The translations under genes and the position numbers were made by a program. The notes under the pieces were generated by a model that was not told the origin of the DNA, ran no database searches, and saw only the letters and a list, made by a program, of their open reading frames with translations. DNA of 64,000 bases from Eledone cirrhosa (Eukaryota), in NCBI GenBank assembly GCA_964016885.1, contig OZ024744.1:12834001-12898000 (forward strand). Direction: 5' to 3'. The number at the start of each line of letters is the position of its first letter. Positions within the stretch are counted from its first letter, which is position 1. Positions 37,601-52,600 of the stretch are shown piece by piece.

Positions 37601-40600
37601 GAGATCACAACTCCCATACTATGGACATGTGGTTAGAATGTCTCAGTAGATCAGAGAGTCACTCCAGTTAAAGCCACTCTCTAAATTGAGAGATCACAAC
37701 TCCCATACTATGAACATGTGGTTACAATGTCTCAGTAGATCATAGTGTCACTCCAGTTAAAGCTACTCTCTAAATTGAGAGATCTAAACTCCCATACTAT
37801 GGTCATGTGGTTAGAATGTCTCAGTAGATCAGAGAGTCACTCCACTTAAAGCCACTAATTCTCTAAATTGAGAGATCACAACTCCAATACTACGGACATG
37901 TGGTTAGAATGTCTCAGTAGATCAGAGAGTCACTCCAGTTAAAGCCACTAATTCTCTAAATTGAGAGATCACAACTCCCATACTATGGACATGTGGTTAG
38001 AATGTCTCAGTAGATCAGAGTGTCACTCCAGTTAAAGCTACTCTCTAAATTGAGAGATCACAACTCCAATACTATGGACATGTGGTTAGAATGTCTCAGT
38101 AGATCAGAGAGTCACTCCAGTTAAAGCTACTCTGTAAATTGAGAGATCACAACTCCCAAATAATGTACATGGGGTTAGAACGTCTCAGTAGATCAGAGAG
38201 TCACTCCAGTTAAAGCCACTCTCTAAATTGAGAGATCACAACTCCCATACTATGGTCATGTGGTTAGAATGTCTTAGTAGATCCGAGTGTCACTCCAGTT
38301 AAAGCCACTCTCTAAATTGAGAGATCACAACTCCCATACTATGGACATGTGGTTAGAATGTCTCAGTAGATCAGAGAGTCACTCCAGTTAAAGCCACTCT
38401 CTAAATTGAGAGATCACAACTCCCATACTATGGACATGTGGTTAGAATGTCTCAGTAGATCAGAGAGTCACTCCAGTTAAAGCCACTCTCTAAATTGAGA
38501 GATCACAACTCCCATACTATGGACATGTGGTTAGAATGTCTCAGTAGATCAGAGAGTCACTCCAGTTAAAGCTACTCTCTAAATTGAGAGATCACAACTC
38601 CCATACTATGGACATGTAGTTAGAATGTCTCAGTAGATCAGAGTGTGACTCCAATTAAAGCTACTAGTTCTCTAAATTGAGAGATCACAACTCCCATACT
38701 ATGGACATGTGGTTAGAATGTCTCAGGAGTTCAGAGAGTCACTCCAGTTAAAGCTACTCTCTAAATTGAGAGATCACAACTCCCATACTATGGACATGTA
38801 GTTAGAATGTCTCAGTAGATCAGAGTGTCACTCCAGTTAATGTCACTAATTCTCTAAATTGAGAGATCAAACTTCCAATACTACAGACATGTGGTTAGAA
38901 TGTCTCAGCAGATCAGAGAGTCAGTCCAGTTAAAGCAACTCTCTAAATTGAGAGATCACAACTCCCATACGATGGACATGTGGTTAGAATGTCTCAGGAG
39001 ATCAGAAAGTCACTCCAGTTCAAGCTACTCTCTAAATTGAGAGATCACTACTCCCATACTATGGTCATGTGGTTAGAATGTCTCAGTAGATCAGAGTGTC
39101 ACTCCAGTTAAAGCTACTAATTCTCTAAATTGAGAGATCACATCTCCAATACTATGGACATGGGGTTAGAATGTCTCAGTAGATCAGAGAGTCACTCCCT
39201 TTAAAGCTACTAGTTCTCTAAATTGAGAGATCACAACTCCCATACTATGGACATGTGGTTAGAATGTCTCAGTAGATCAGAGTGTCACTCCAGTTAAAGC
39301 TACTCTCTAAATTGAGAGATCACAAGTCCCATACTATGGACATGTGGTTAGAATGTCTCAGTAGATCAGAGTGTGACTCCAGTTAAAGCTACTAGTTCTC
39401 TAAATTGAGAGATCACAACTCCAATACTATGGACATGGGGTTAGAATGTCTCAGTAGATCAGAGAGTCACTCCAGTTAAAGCTACTAATTCTCTAAATTG
39501 AGAGTTCACAACTCCCATACTATGGACATGTGGTTAGAATGTCTCAGTAGATCAGAGTGTCACTCCAGTTAAAGCTACTAGTTCTCTAAATTAGGAGATC
39601 ACAACTCCCATACTATGGACATGTGGTTGGAATGTCTCAGTAGATCAGAGTGTGACTCCAGTTAAAGCTACTAGTTCTCTAAATTGAGAGATCACAACTC
39701 CAATACTATGGACATGGGGTTAGAATGTCTCAGTAGATCAGAGAGTCACTCCAGTTAAAGCTACTCTCTAAATTGAGAGATCACAACTCCCATACTATGG
39801 ACATGTAGTTAGAATGTCTCAGTAGATCAGAGTGTGACTCCAATTAAAGCTACTAGTTCTCTAAATTAGGAGATCACAACTCCCATACTATGGACATGTG
39901 GTTAGAATGTCTCAGTCGATCAGAGAGTCACTCCAGTTAAAACTACTAATTCTCTAAATTGAGAGATCACAACTCCGATACTATGGACATGTGGTTAGAA
40001 TGTCTCAGTAGATCCGAGTGTCACTCCAGTTAAAGCCACTCTCTAAATTGAGAGATCACAACTCCCATACTATGGACATGTGGTTAGAATGTCTCAGTAG
40101 ATCAGAGTGTCACTCCAGTTAAAGCTACTCTCTAAATTGAGAGATCACAAGTCCCATACTATGGACATGTGGTTAGAATGTCTCAGTAGATCAGAGTGTG
40201 ACTCCAGTTAAAGCTACTAGTTCTCTAAATTGAGAGATCACAACTCCAATACTATGGACATGGGGTTAGAATGTCTCAGTAGATCAGAGAGTCACTCCAG
40301 TTAAAGCTACTAATTCTCTAAATTGAGAGTTCACAACTCCCATACTATGGACATGTGGTTAGAATGTCTCAGTAGATCAGAGTGTCACTCCAGTTAAAGC
40401 TACTAGTTCTCTAAATTAGGAGATCACAACTCCCATACTATGGACATGTGGTTGGAATGTCTCAGTAGATCAGAGTGTGACTCCAGTTAAAGCTACTAGT
40501 TCTCTAAATTGAGAGATCACAACTCCAATACTATGGACATGGGGTTAGAATGTCTCAGTAGATCAGAGAGTCACTCCAGTTAAAGCTACTCTCTAAATTG

Positions 40601-43600
40601 AGAGATCACAACTCCCATACTATGGACATGTAGTTAGAATGTCTCAGTAGATCAGAGTGTGACTCCAATTAAAGCTACTAGTTCTCTAAATTAGGAGATC
40701 ACAACTCCCATACTATGGACATGTGGTTAGAATGTCTCAGTCGATCAGAGAGTCACTCCAGTTAAAACTACTAATTCTCTAAATTGAGAGATCACAACTC
40801 CGATACTATGGACATGTGGTTAGAATGTCTCAGTAGATCCGAGTGTCACTCCAGTTAAAGCCACTCTCTAAATTGAGAGATCACAACTCCCATACTATGG
40901 ACATGTGGTTAGAATGTCTCAGTAGATCAGAGAGTCACTCCAGTTAAAGCCACTCTCTAAATTGAGAGATCACAACTCCCATACTATGGACATGTGGTTA
41001 GAATGTCTCAGTAGATCAGAGAGTCACTCCAGTTAAAGCTACTCTCTAAATTGAGAGATCACAACTCCCATACTATGGACATGTAGTTAGAATGTCTCAG
41101 GAGTTCAGAGAGTCACTCCAGTTAAAGCTACTCTCTAAATTGAGAGATCACAACTCCCATACTATGGACATGTAGTTAGAATGTCTCAGTAGATCAGAGT
41201 GTCACTCCAGTTAATGTCACTAATTCTCTAAATTGAGAGATCAAACTTCCAATACTACAGACATGTGGTTAGAATGTCTCAGCAGATCAGAGAGTCAGTC
41301 CAGTTAAAGCAACTCTCTAAATTGAGAGATCACAACTCCCATACGATGGACATGTGGTTAGAATGTCTCAGGAGATCAGAAAGTCACTCCAGTTCAAGCT
41401 ACTCTCTAAATTGAGAGATCACTACTCCCATACTATGGTCATGTGGTTAGAATGTCTCAGTAGATCAGAGTGTGACTCCAGTTAAAGCTACTAGTTCTCT
41501 AAATTGAGAGATCACAACTCCAATACTATGGACATGGGGTTAGAATGTCTCAGTAGATCAGAGAGTCACTCCAGTTAAAGCTACTAATTCTCTAAATTGA
41601 GAGTTCACAACTCCCATACTATGGACATGTGGTTAGAATGTCTCAGTAGATCAGAGTGTCACTCCAGTTAAAGCTACTCTCTAAATTGAGAGATCACAAC
41701 TCCCATACTATGGACATGTGGTTGGAATGTCTCAGTAGATCAGAGTGTCACTCCAGTTAAAGCTACTAATTCTCTAAATTGAGAGATCACAACTCCAATA
41801 CTATGGACATGTGGTTAGAATGTCTCAGTAGATCAGAGAGTCACTCCAGTTAAAGCTACTCTGTAAATTGAAACATCACAACTCCAATACTATGGACATG
41901 TGGTTTGAATGTCTCAGTAGATCAGAGAGTCACTCCAGTTAAAGCTACTAATTCACTAAATTGAGAGATCACAACTCCCATACTATGGACATGTGGTTAG
42001 AATGTCTCAGTAGATCAGAGAGTCACTCCAGTTAAAGCCACTCTCTAAATTGAGAGATCACAACTCCCATACTATGAACATGTGGTTACAATGTCTCAGT
42101 AGATCATAGTGTCACTCCAGTTAAAGCTACTCTCTAAATTGAGAGATCTAAACTCCCATACTATGGTCATGTAGTTAGAATGTCTCAGTAGATCAGAGAG
42201 TCACTCCACTTAAAGCCACTAATTCTCTAAATTGAGAGATCACAACTCCAATACTACGGACATGTGGTTAGAATGTCTCAGTAGATCAGAGAGTCACTCC
42301 AGTTAAAGCCACTAATTCTCTAAATTGAGAGATCACAACTCCCATACTATGGACATGTGGTTAGAATGTCTCAGTAGATCAGAGTGTCACTCCAGTTAAA
42401 GCTACTCTCTAAATTGAGAGATCACAACTCCAATACTATGGACATGTGGTTAGAATGTCTCAGTAGATCAGAGAGTCACTCCAGTTAAAGCTACTCTGTA
42501 AATTGAGAGATCACAACTCCCAAATAATGTACATGGGGTTAGAACGTCTCAGTAGATCAGAGAGTCACTCCAGTTAAAGCCACTCTCTAAATTGAGAGAT
42601 CACAACTCCCATACTATGGTCATGTGGTTAGAATGTCTTAGTAGATCCGAGTGTCACTCCAGTTAAAGCCACTCTCTAAATTGAGAGATCACAACTCCCA
42701 TACTATGGACATGTGGTTAGAATGTCTCAGTAGATCAGAGAGTCACTCCAGTTAAAGCCACTCTCTAAATTGAGAGATCACAACTCCCATACTATGGACA
42801 TGTGGTTAGAATGTCTCAGTAGATCAGAGAGTCACTCCAGTTAAAGCCACTCTCTAAATTGAGAGATCACAACTCCCATACTATGGACATGTGGTTAGAA
42901 TGTCTCAGTAGATCAGAGAGTCACTCCAGTTAAAGCTACTCTCTAAATTGAGAGATCACAACTCCCATACTATGGACATGTAGTTAGAATGTCTCAGTAG
43001 ATCAGAGTGTGACTCCAATTAAAGCTACTAGTTCTCTAAATTAGGAGATCACAACTCCCATACTATGGACATGTGGTTAGAATGTCTCAGTCGATCAGAG
43101 AGTCACTCCAGTTAAAACTACTAATTCTCTAAATTGAGAGATCACAACTCCGATACTATGGACATGTGGTTAGAATGTCTCAGTAGATCCGAGTGTCACT
43201 CCAGTTAAAGCCACTCTCTAAATTGAGAGATCACAACTCCCATACTATGGACATGTGGTTAGAATGTCTCAGTAGATCAGAGTGTCACTCCAGTTAAAGC
43301 TACTAGTTCTCTAAATTAGGAGATCACAACTCCCATACTATGGACATGTGGTTGGAATGTCTCAGTAGATCAGAGTGTGACTCCAGTTAAAGCTACTAGT
43401 TCTCTAAATTGAGAGATCACAACTCCAATAATATGGACATGGGGTTAGAATGTCTCAGTAGATCAGAGAGTCACTCCAGTTAAAGCTACTCTCTAAATTG
43501 AGAGATCACAACTCCCATACTATGGACATGTAGTTAGAATGTCTCAGTAGATCAGAGTGTGACTCCAATTAAAGCTACTAGTTCTCTAAATTAGGAGATC

Positions 43601-46600
43601 ACAACTCCCATACTATGGACATGTGGTTAGAATGTCTCAGTCGATCAGAGAGTCACTCCAGTTAAAACTACTAATTCTCTAAATTGAGAGATCACAACTC
43701 CGATACTATGGACATGTGGTTAGAATGTCTCAGTAGATCCGAGTGTCACTCCAGTTAAAGCCACTCTCTAAATTGAGAGATCACAACTCCCATACTATGG
43801 ACATGTGGTTAGAATGTCTCAGTAGATCAGAGAGTCACTCCAGTTAAAGCCACTCTCTAAATTGAGAGATCACAACTCCCATACTATGGACATGTGGTTA
43901 GAATGTCTCAGTAGATCAGAGAGTCACTCCAGTTAAAGCTACTCTCTAAATTGAGAGATCACAACTCCCATACTATGGACATGTAGTTAGAATGTCTCAG
44001 GAGTTCAGAGAGTCACTCCAGTTAAAGCTACTCTCTAAATTGAGAGATCACAACTCCCATACTATGGACATGTAGTTAGAATGTCTCAGTAGATCAGAGT
44101 GTCACTCCAGTTAATGTCACTAATTCTCTAAATTGAGAGATCAAACTTCCAATACTACAGACATGTGGTTAGAATGTCTCAGCAGATCAGAGAGTCAGTC
44201 CAGTTAAAGCAACTCTCTAAATTGAGAGATCACAACTCCCATACGATGGACATGTGGTTAGAATGTCTCAGGAGATCAGAAAGTCACTCCAGTTCAAGCT
44301 ACTCTCTAAATTGAGAGATCACTACTCCCATACTATGGTCATGTGGTTAGAATGTCTCAGTAGATCAGAGTGTCACTCCAGTTAAAGCTACTAATTCTCT
44401 AAATTGAGAGATCACATCTCCAATACTATGGACATGGGGTTAGAATGTCTCAGTAGATCAGAGAGTCACTCCCTTTAAAGCTACTAGTTCTCTAAATTGA
44501 GAGATCACAACTCCCATACTATGGACATGTGGTTAGAATGTCTCAGTAGATCAGAGTGTCACTCCAGTTAAAGCTACTCTCTAAATTGAGAGATCACAAG
44601 TCCCATACTATGGACATGTGGTTAGAATGTCTCAGTAGATCAGAGTGTGACTCCAGTTAAAGCTACTAGTTCTCTAAATTGAGAGATCACAACTCCAATA
44701 CTATGGACATGGGGTTAGAATGTCTCAGTAGATCAGAGAGTCACTCCAGTTAAAGCTACTAATTCTCTAAATTGAGAGTTCACAACTCCCATACTATGGA
44801 CATGTGGTTAGAATGTCTCAGTAGATCAGAGTGTCACTCCAGTTAAAGCTACTCTCTAAATTGAGAGATCACAACTCCCATACTATGGACATGTGGTTGG
44901 AATGTCTCAGTAGATCAGAGTGTCACTCCAGTTAAAGCTACTAATTCTCTAAATTGAGAGATCACAACTCCAATACTATGGACATGTGGTTAGAATGTCT
45001 CAGTAGATCAGAGAGTCACTCCAGTTAAAGCTACTCTGTAAATTGAAACATCACAACTCCAATACTATGGACATGTGGTTTGAATGTCTCAGTAGATCAG
45101 AGAGTCACTCCAGTTAAAGCTACTAATTCACTAAATTGAGAGATCACAACTCCCATACTATGGACATGTGGTTAGAATGTCTCAGTAGATCAGAGAGTCA
45201 CTCCAGTTAAAGCCACTCTCTAAATTGAGAGATCACAACTCCCATACTATGAACATGTGGTTACAATGTCTCAGTAGATCATAGTGTCACTCCAGTTAAA
45301 GCTACTCTCTAAATTGAGAGATCTAAACTCCCATACTATGGTCATGTAGTTAGAATGTCTCAGTAGATCAGAGAGTCACTCCACTTAAAGCCACTAATTC
45401 TCTAAATTGAGAGATCACAACTCCAATACTACGGACATGTGGTTAGAATGTCTCAGTAGATCAGAGAGTCACTCCAGTTAAAGCCACTAATTCTCTAAAT
45501 TGAGAGATCACAACTCCCATACTATGGACATGTGGTTAGAATGTCTCAGTAGATCAGAGTGTCACTCCAGTTAAAGCTACTCTCTAAATTGAGAGATCAC
45601 AACTCCAATACTACGGACATGTGGTTAGAATGTCTCAGTAGATCAGAGTGTCACTCCAGTTAAAGCTACTCTCTAAATTGAGAGATCACAACTCCCATAC
45701 TATGGACATGTGGTTGGAATGTCTCAGTAGATCAGAGTGTCACTCCAGTTAAAGCTACTAATTCTCTAAATTGAGAGATCACAACTCCAATACTATGGAC
45801 ATGTGGTTAGAATGTCTCAGTAGATCAGAGAGCCACTCCAGTTAAAGCTACTCTGTAAATTGAAAGATCACAACTCCCAAATAATGTACATGGGGTTAGA
45901 ACGTCTCAGTAGATCAGAGAGTCACTCCAGTTAAAGCCACTCTCTAAATTGAGAGATCACAACTCCCATACTATGGTCATGTGGTTAGAATGTCTTAGTA
46001 GATCCGAGTGTCACTCCAGTTAAAGCCACTCTCTAAATTGAGAGATCACAACTCCCATACTATGGACATGTGGTTAGAATGTCTCAGTAGATCAGAGAGT
46101 CACTCCAGTTAAAGCCACTCTCTAAATTGAGAGATCACAACTCCCATACTATGGACATGTGGTTAGAATGTCTCAGTAGATCAGAGAGTCACTCCAGTTA
46201 AAGCCACTCTCTAAATTGAGAGATCACAACTCCCATACTATGGACATGTGGTTAGAATGTCTCAGTAGATCAGAGAGTCACTCCAGTTAAAGCTACTCTC
46301 TAAATTGAGAGATCACAACTCCCATACTATGGACATGTAGTTAGAATGTCTCAGTAGATCAGAGTGTGACTCCAATTAAAGCTACTAGTTCTCTAAATTA
46401 GGAGATCACAACTCCCATACTATGGACATGTGGTTAGAATGTCTCAGTCGATCAGAGAGTCACTCCAGTTAAAACTACTAATTCTCTAAATTGAGAGATC
46501 ACAACTCCGATACTATGGACATGTGGTTAGAATGTCTCAGTAGATCCGAGTGTCACTCCAGTTAAAGCCACTCTCTAAATTGAGAGATCACAACTCCCAT

Positions 46601-49600
46601 ACTATGGACATGTGGTTAGAATGTCTCAGTAGATCAGAGAGTCACTCCAGTTAAAGCCACTCTCTAAATTGAGAGATCACAACTCCCATACTATGGACAT
46701 GTGGTTAGAATGTCTCAGTAGATCAGAGAGTCACTCCAGTTAAAGCTACTCTCTAAATTGAGAGATCACAACTCCCATACTATGGACATGTAGTTAGAAT
46801 GTCTCAGTAGATCAGAGTGTGACTCCAATTAAAGCTACTAGTTCTCTAAATTGAGAGATCACAACTCCCATACTATGGACATGTGGTTAGAATGTCTCAG
46901 GAGTTCAGAGAGTCACTCCAGTTAAAGCTACTCTCTAAATTGAGAGATCACAACTCCCATACTATGGACATGTAGTTAGAATGTCTCAGTAGATCAGAGT
47001 GTCACTCCAGTTAATGTCACTAATTCTCTAAATTGAGAGATCAAACTTCCAATACTACAGACATGTGGTTAGAATGTCTCAGCAGATCAGAGAGTCAGTC
47101 CAGTTAAAGCAACTCTCTAAATTGAGAGATCACAACTCCCATACGATGGACATGTGGTTAGAATGTCTCAGGAGATCAGAAAGTCACTCCAGTTCAAGCT
47201 ACTCTCTAAATTGAGAGATCACTACTCCCATACTATGGTCATGTGGTTAGAATGTCTCAGTAGATCAGAGTGTCACTCCAGTTAAAGCTACTAATTCTCT
47301 AAATTGAGAGATCACATCTCCAATACTATGGACATGGGGTTAGAATGTCTCAGTAGATCAGAGAGTCACTCCCTTTAAAGCTACTAGTTCTCTAAATTGA
47401 GAGATCACAACTCCCATACTATGGACATGTGGTTAGAATGTCTCAGTAGATCAGAGTGTCACTCCAGTTAAAGCTACTCTCTAAATTGAGAGATCACAAG
47501 TCCCATACTATGGACATGTGGTTAGAATGTCTCAGTAGATCAGAGTGTGACTCCAGTTAAAGCTACTAGTTCTCTAAATTGAGAGATCACAACTCCAATA
47601 CTATGGACATGGGGTTAGAATATCTCAGTAGATCAGAGAGTCACTCCAGTTAAAGCTACTAATTCTCTAAATTGAGAGTTCACAACTCCCATACTATGGA
47701 CATGTGGTTAGAATGTCTCAGTAGATCAGAGTGTCACTCCAGTTAAAGCTACTCTCTAAATTGAGAGATCACAACTCCCATACTATGGACATGTGGTTGG
47801 AATGTCTCAGTAGATCAGAGTGTCACTCCAGTTAAAGCTACTAATTCTCTAAATTGAGAGATCACAACTCCAATACTATGGACATGTGGTTAGAATGTCT
47901 CAGTAGATCAGAGAGTCACTCCAGTTAAAGCTACTCTGTAAATTGAAACATCACAACTCCAATACTATGGACATGTGGTTTGAATGTCTCAGTAGATCAG
48001 AGAGTCACTCCAGTTAAAGCTACTAATTCACTAAATTGAGAGATCACAACTCCCATACTATGGACATGTGGTTAGAATGTCTCAGTAGATCAGAGAGTCA
48101 CTCCAGTTAAAGCCACTCTCTAAATTGAGAGATCACAACTCCCATACTATGAACATGTGGTTACAATGTCTCAGTAGATCATAGTGTCACACCAGTTAAA
48201 GCTACTCTCTAAATTGAGAGATCTAAACTCCCATACTATGGTCATGTGGTTAGAATGTCTCAGTAGATCAGAGAGTCACTCCACTTAAAGCCACTAATTC
48301 TCTAAATTGAGAGATCACAACTCCAATACTACGGACATGTGGTTAGAATGTCTCAGTAGATCAGAGAGTCACTCCAGTTAAAGCCACTAATTCTCTAAAT
48401 TGAGAGATCACAACTCCCATACTATGGACATGTGGTTAGAATGTCTCAGTAGATCAGAGTGTCACTCCAGTTAAAGCTACTCTCTAAATTGAGAGATCAC
48501 AACTCCAATACTATGGACATGTGGTTAGAATGTCTCAGTAGATCAGAGAGTCACTCCAGTTAAAGCTACTCTGTAAATTGAGAGATCACAACTCCCAAAT
48601 AATGTACATGGGGTTAGAACGTCTCAGTAGATCAGAGAGTCACTCCAGTTAAAGCCACTCTCTAAATTGAGAGATCACAACTCCCATACTATGGTCATGT
48701 GGTTAGAATGTCTTAGTAGATCCGAGTGTCACTCCAGTTAAAGCCACTCTCTAAATTGAGAGATCACAACTCCCATACTATGGACATGTGGTTAGAATGT
48801 CTCAGTAGATCAGAGAGTCACTCCAGTTAAAGCCACTCTCTAAATTGAGAGATCACAACTCCCATACTATGGACATGTGGTTAGAATGTCTCAGTAGATC
48901 AGAGAGTCACTCCAGTTAAAGCCACTCTCTAAATTGAGAGATCACAACTCCCATACTATGGACATGTGGTTAGAATGTCTCAGTAGATCAGAGAGTCACT
49001 CCAGTTAAAGCTACTCTCTAAATTGAGAGATCACAACTCCCATACTATGGACATGTAGTTAGAATGTCTCAGTAGATCAGAGTGTGACTCCAATTAAAGC
49101 TACTAGTTCTCTAAATTGAGAGATCACAACTCCCATACTATGGACATGTGGTTAGAATGTCTCAGGAGTTCAGAGAGTCACTCCAGTTAAAGCTACTCTC
49201 TAAATTGAGAGATCACAACTCCCATACTATGGACATGTAGTTAGAATGTCTCAGTAGATCAGAGTGTCACTCCAGTTAATGTCACTAATTCTCTAAATTG
49301 AGAGATCAAACTTCCAATACTACAGACATGTGGTTAGAATGTCTCAGCAGATCAGAGAGTCAGTCCAGTTAAAGCAACTCTCTAAATTGAGAGATCACAA
49401 CTCCCATACGATGGACATGTGGTTAGAATGTCTCAGGAGATCAGAAAGTCACTCCAGTTCAAGCTACTCTCTAAATTGAGAGATCACTACTCCCATACTA
49501 TGGTCATGTGGTTAGAATGTCTCAGTAGATCAGAGTGTCACTCCAGTTAAAGCTACTAATTCTCTAAATTGAGAGATCACATCTCCAATACTATGGACAT

Positions 49601-52600
49601 GGGGTTAGAATGTCTCAGTAGATCAGAGAGTCACTCCCTTTAAAGCTACTAGTTCTCTAAATTGAGAGATCACAACTCCCATACTATGGACATGTGGTTA
49701 GAATGTCTCAGTAGATCAGAGTGTCACTCCAGTTAAAGCTACTCTCTAAATTGAGAGATCACAAGTCCCATACTATGGACATGTGGTTAGAATGTCTCAG
49801 TAGATCAGAGTGTGACTCCAGTTAAAGCTACTAGTTCTCTAAATTGAGAGATCACAACTCCAATACTATGGACATGGGGTTAGAATGTCTCAGTAGATCA
49901 GAGAGTCACTCCAGTTAAAGCTACTAATTCTCTAAATTGAGAGTTCACAACTCCCATACTATGGACATGTGGTTAGAATGTCTCAGTAGATCAGAGTGTC
50001 ACTCCAGTTAAAGCTACTAGTTCTCTAAATTAGGAGATCACAACTCCCATACTATGGACATGTGGTTGGAATGTCTCAGTAGATCAGAGTGTGACTCCAG
50101 TTAAAGCTACTAGTTCTCTAAATTGAGAGATCACAACTCCAATACTATGGACATGGGGTTAGAATGTCTCAGTAGATCAGAGAGTCACTCCAGTTAAAGC
50201 TACTCTCTAAATTGAGAGATCACAACTCCCATACTATGGACATGTAGTTAGAATGTCTCAGTAGATCAGAGTGTGACTCCAATTAAAGCTACTAGTTCTC
50301 TAAATTAGGAGATCACAACTCCCATACTATGGACATGTGGTTAGAATGTCTCAGTCGATCAGAGAGTCACTCCAGTTAAAACTACTAATTCTCTAAATTG
50401 AGAGATCACAACTCCGATACTATGGACATGTGGTTAGAATGTCTCAGTAGATCCGAGTGTCACTCCAGTTAAAGCCACTCTCTAAATTGAGAGATCACAA
50501 CTCCCATACTATGGACATGTGGTTAGAATGTCTCAGTAGATCAGAGAGTCACTCCAGTTAAAGCCACTCTCTAAATTGAGAGATCACAACTCCCATACTA
50601 TGGACATGTGGTTAGAATGTCTCAGTAGATCAGAGAGTCACTCCAGTTAAAGCTACTCTCTAAATTGAGAGATCACAACTCCCATACTATGGACATGTAG
50701 TTAGAATGTCTCAGTAGATCAGAGTGTGACTCCAATTAAAGCTACTAGTTCTCTAAATTGAGAGATCACAACTCCCATACTATGGACATGTGGTTAGAAT
50801 GTCTCAGGAGTTCAGAGAGTCACTCCAGTTAAAGCTACTCTCTAAATTGAGAGATCACAACTCCCATACTATGGACATGTAGTTAGAATGTCTCAGTAGA
50901 TCAGAGTGTCCCTCCAGTTAATGTCACTAATTCTCTAAATTGAGAGATCAAACTTCCAATACTACAGACATGTGGTTAGAATGTCTCAGCAGATCAGAGA
51001 GTCAGTCCAGTTAAAGCAACTCTCTAAATTGAGAGATCACAACTCCCATACGATGGACATGTGGTTAGAATGTCTCAGGAGATCAGAAAGTCACTCCAGT
51101 TCAAGCTACTCTCTAAATTGAGAGATCACTACTCCCATACTATGGTCATGTGGTTAGAATGTCTCAGTAGATCAGAGTGTCACTCCAGTTAAAGCTACTA
51201 ATTCTCTAAATTGAGAGATCACATCTCCAATACTATGGACATGGGGTTAGAATGTCTCAGTAGATCAGAGAGTCACTCCCTTTAAAGCTACTAGTTCTCT
51301 AAATTGAGAGATCACAACTCCCATACTATGGACATGTGGTTAGAATGTCTCAGTAGATCAGAGTGTCACTCCAGTTAAAGCTACTCTCTAAATTGAGAGA
51401 TCACAAGTCCCATACTATGGACATGTGGTTAGAATGTCTCAGTAGATCAGAGTGTGACTCCAGTTAAAGCTACTAGTTCTCTAAATTGAGAGATCACAAC
51501 TCCAATACTATGGACATGGGGTTAGAATGTCTCAGTAGATCAGAGAGTCACTCCAGTTAAAGCTACTAATTCTCTAAATTGAGAGTTCACAACTCCCATA
51601 CTATGGACATGTGGTTAGAATGTCTCAGTAGATCAGAGTGTCACTCCAGTTAAAGCTACTCTCTAAATTGAGAGATCACAACTCCCATACTATGGACATG
51701 TGGTTGGAATGTCTCAGTAGATCAGAGTGTCACTCCAGTTAAAGCTACTAATTCTCTAAATTGAGAGATCACAACTCCAATACTATGGACATGTGGTTAG
51801 AATGTCTCAGTAGATCAGAGAGTCACTCCAGTTAAAGCTACTCTGTAAATTGAAACATCACAACTCCAATACTATGGACATGTGGTTTGAATGTCTCAGT
51901 AGATCAGAGAGTCACTCCAGTTAAAGCTACTAATTCACTAAATTGAGAGATCACAACTCCCATACTATGGACATGTGGTTAGAATGTCTCAGTAGATCAG
52001 AGAGTCACTCCAGTTAAAGCCACTCTCTAAATTGAGAGATCACAACTCCCATACTATGAACATGTGGTTACAATGTCTCAGTAGATCATAGTGTCACTCC
52101 AGTTAAAGCTACTCTCTAAATTGAGAGATCTAAACTCCCATACTATGGTCATGTGGTTAGAATGTCTCAGTAGATCAGAGAGTCACTCCACTTAAAGCCA
52201 CTAATTCTCTAAATTGAGAGATCACAACTCCAATACTACGGACATGTGGTTAGAATGTCTCAGTAGATCAGAGAGTCACTCCAGTTAAAGCCACTAATTC
52301 TCTAAATTGAGAGATCACAACTCCCATACTATGGACATGTGGTTAGAATGTCTCAGTAGATCAGAGTGTCACTCCAGTTAAAGCTACTCTCTAAATTGAG
52401 AGATCACAACTCCAATACTATGGACATGTGGTTAGAATGTCTCAGTAGATCAGAGAGTCACTCCAGTTAAAGCTACTCTGTAAATTGAGAGATCACAACT
52501 ACCAAATAATGTACATGGGGTTAGAACGTCTCAGTAGATCAGAGAGTCACTCCAGTTAAAGCCACTCTCTAAATTGAGAGATCACAACTCCCATACTATG

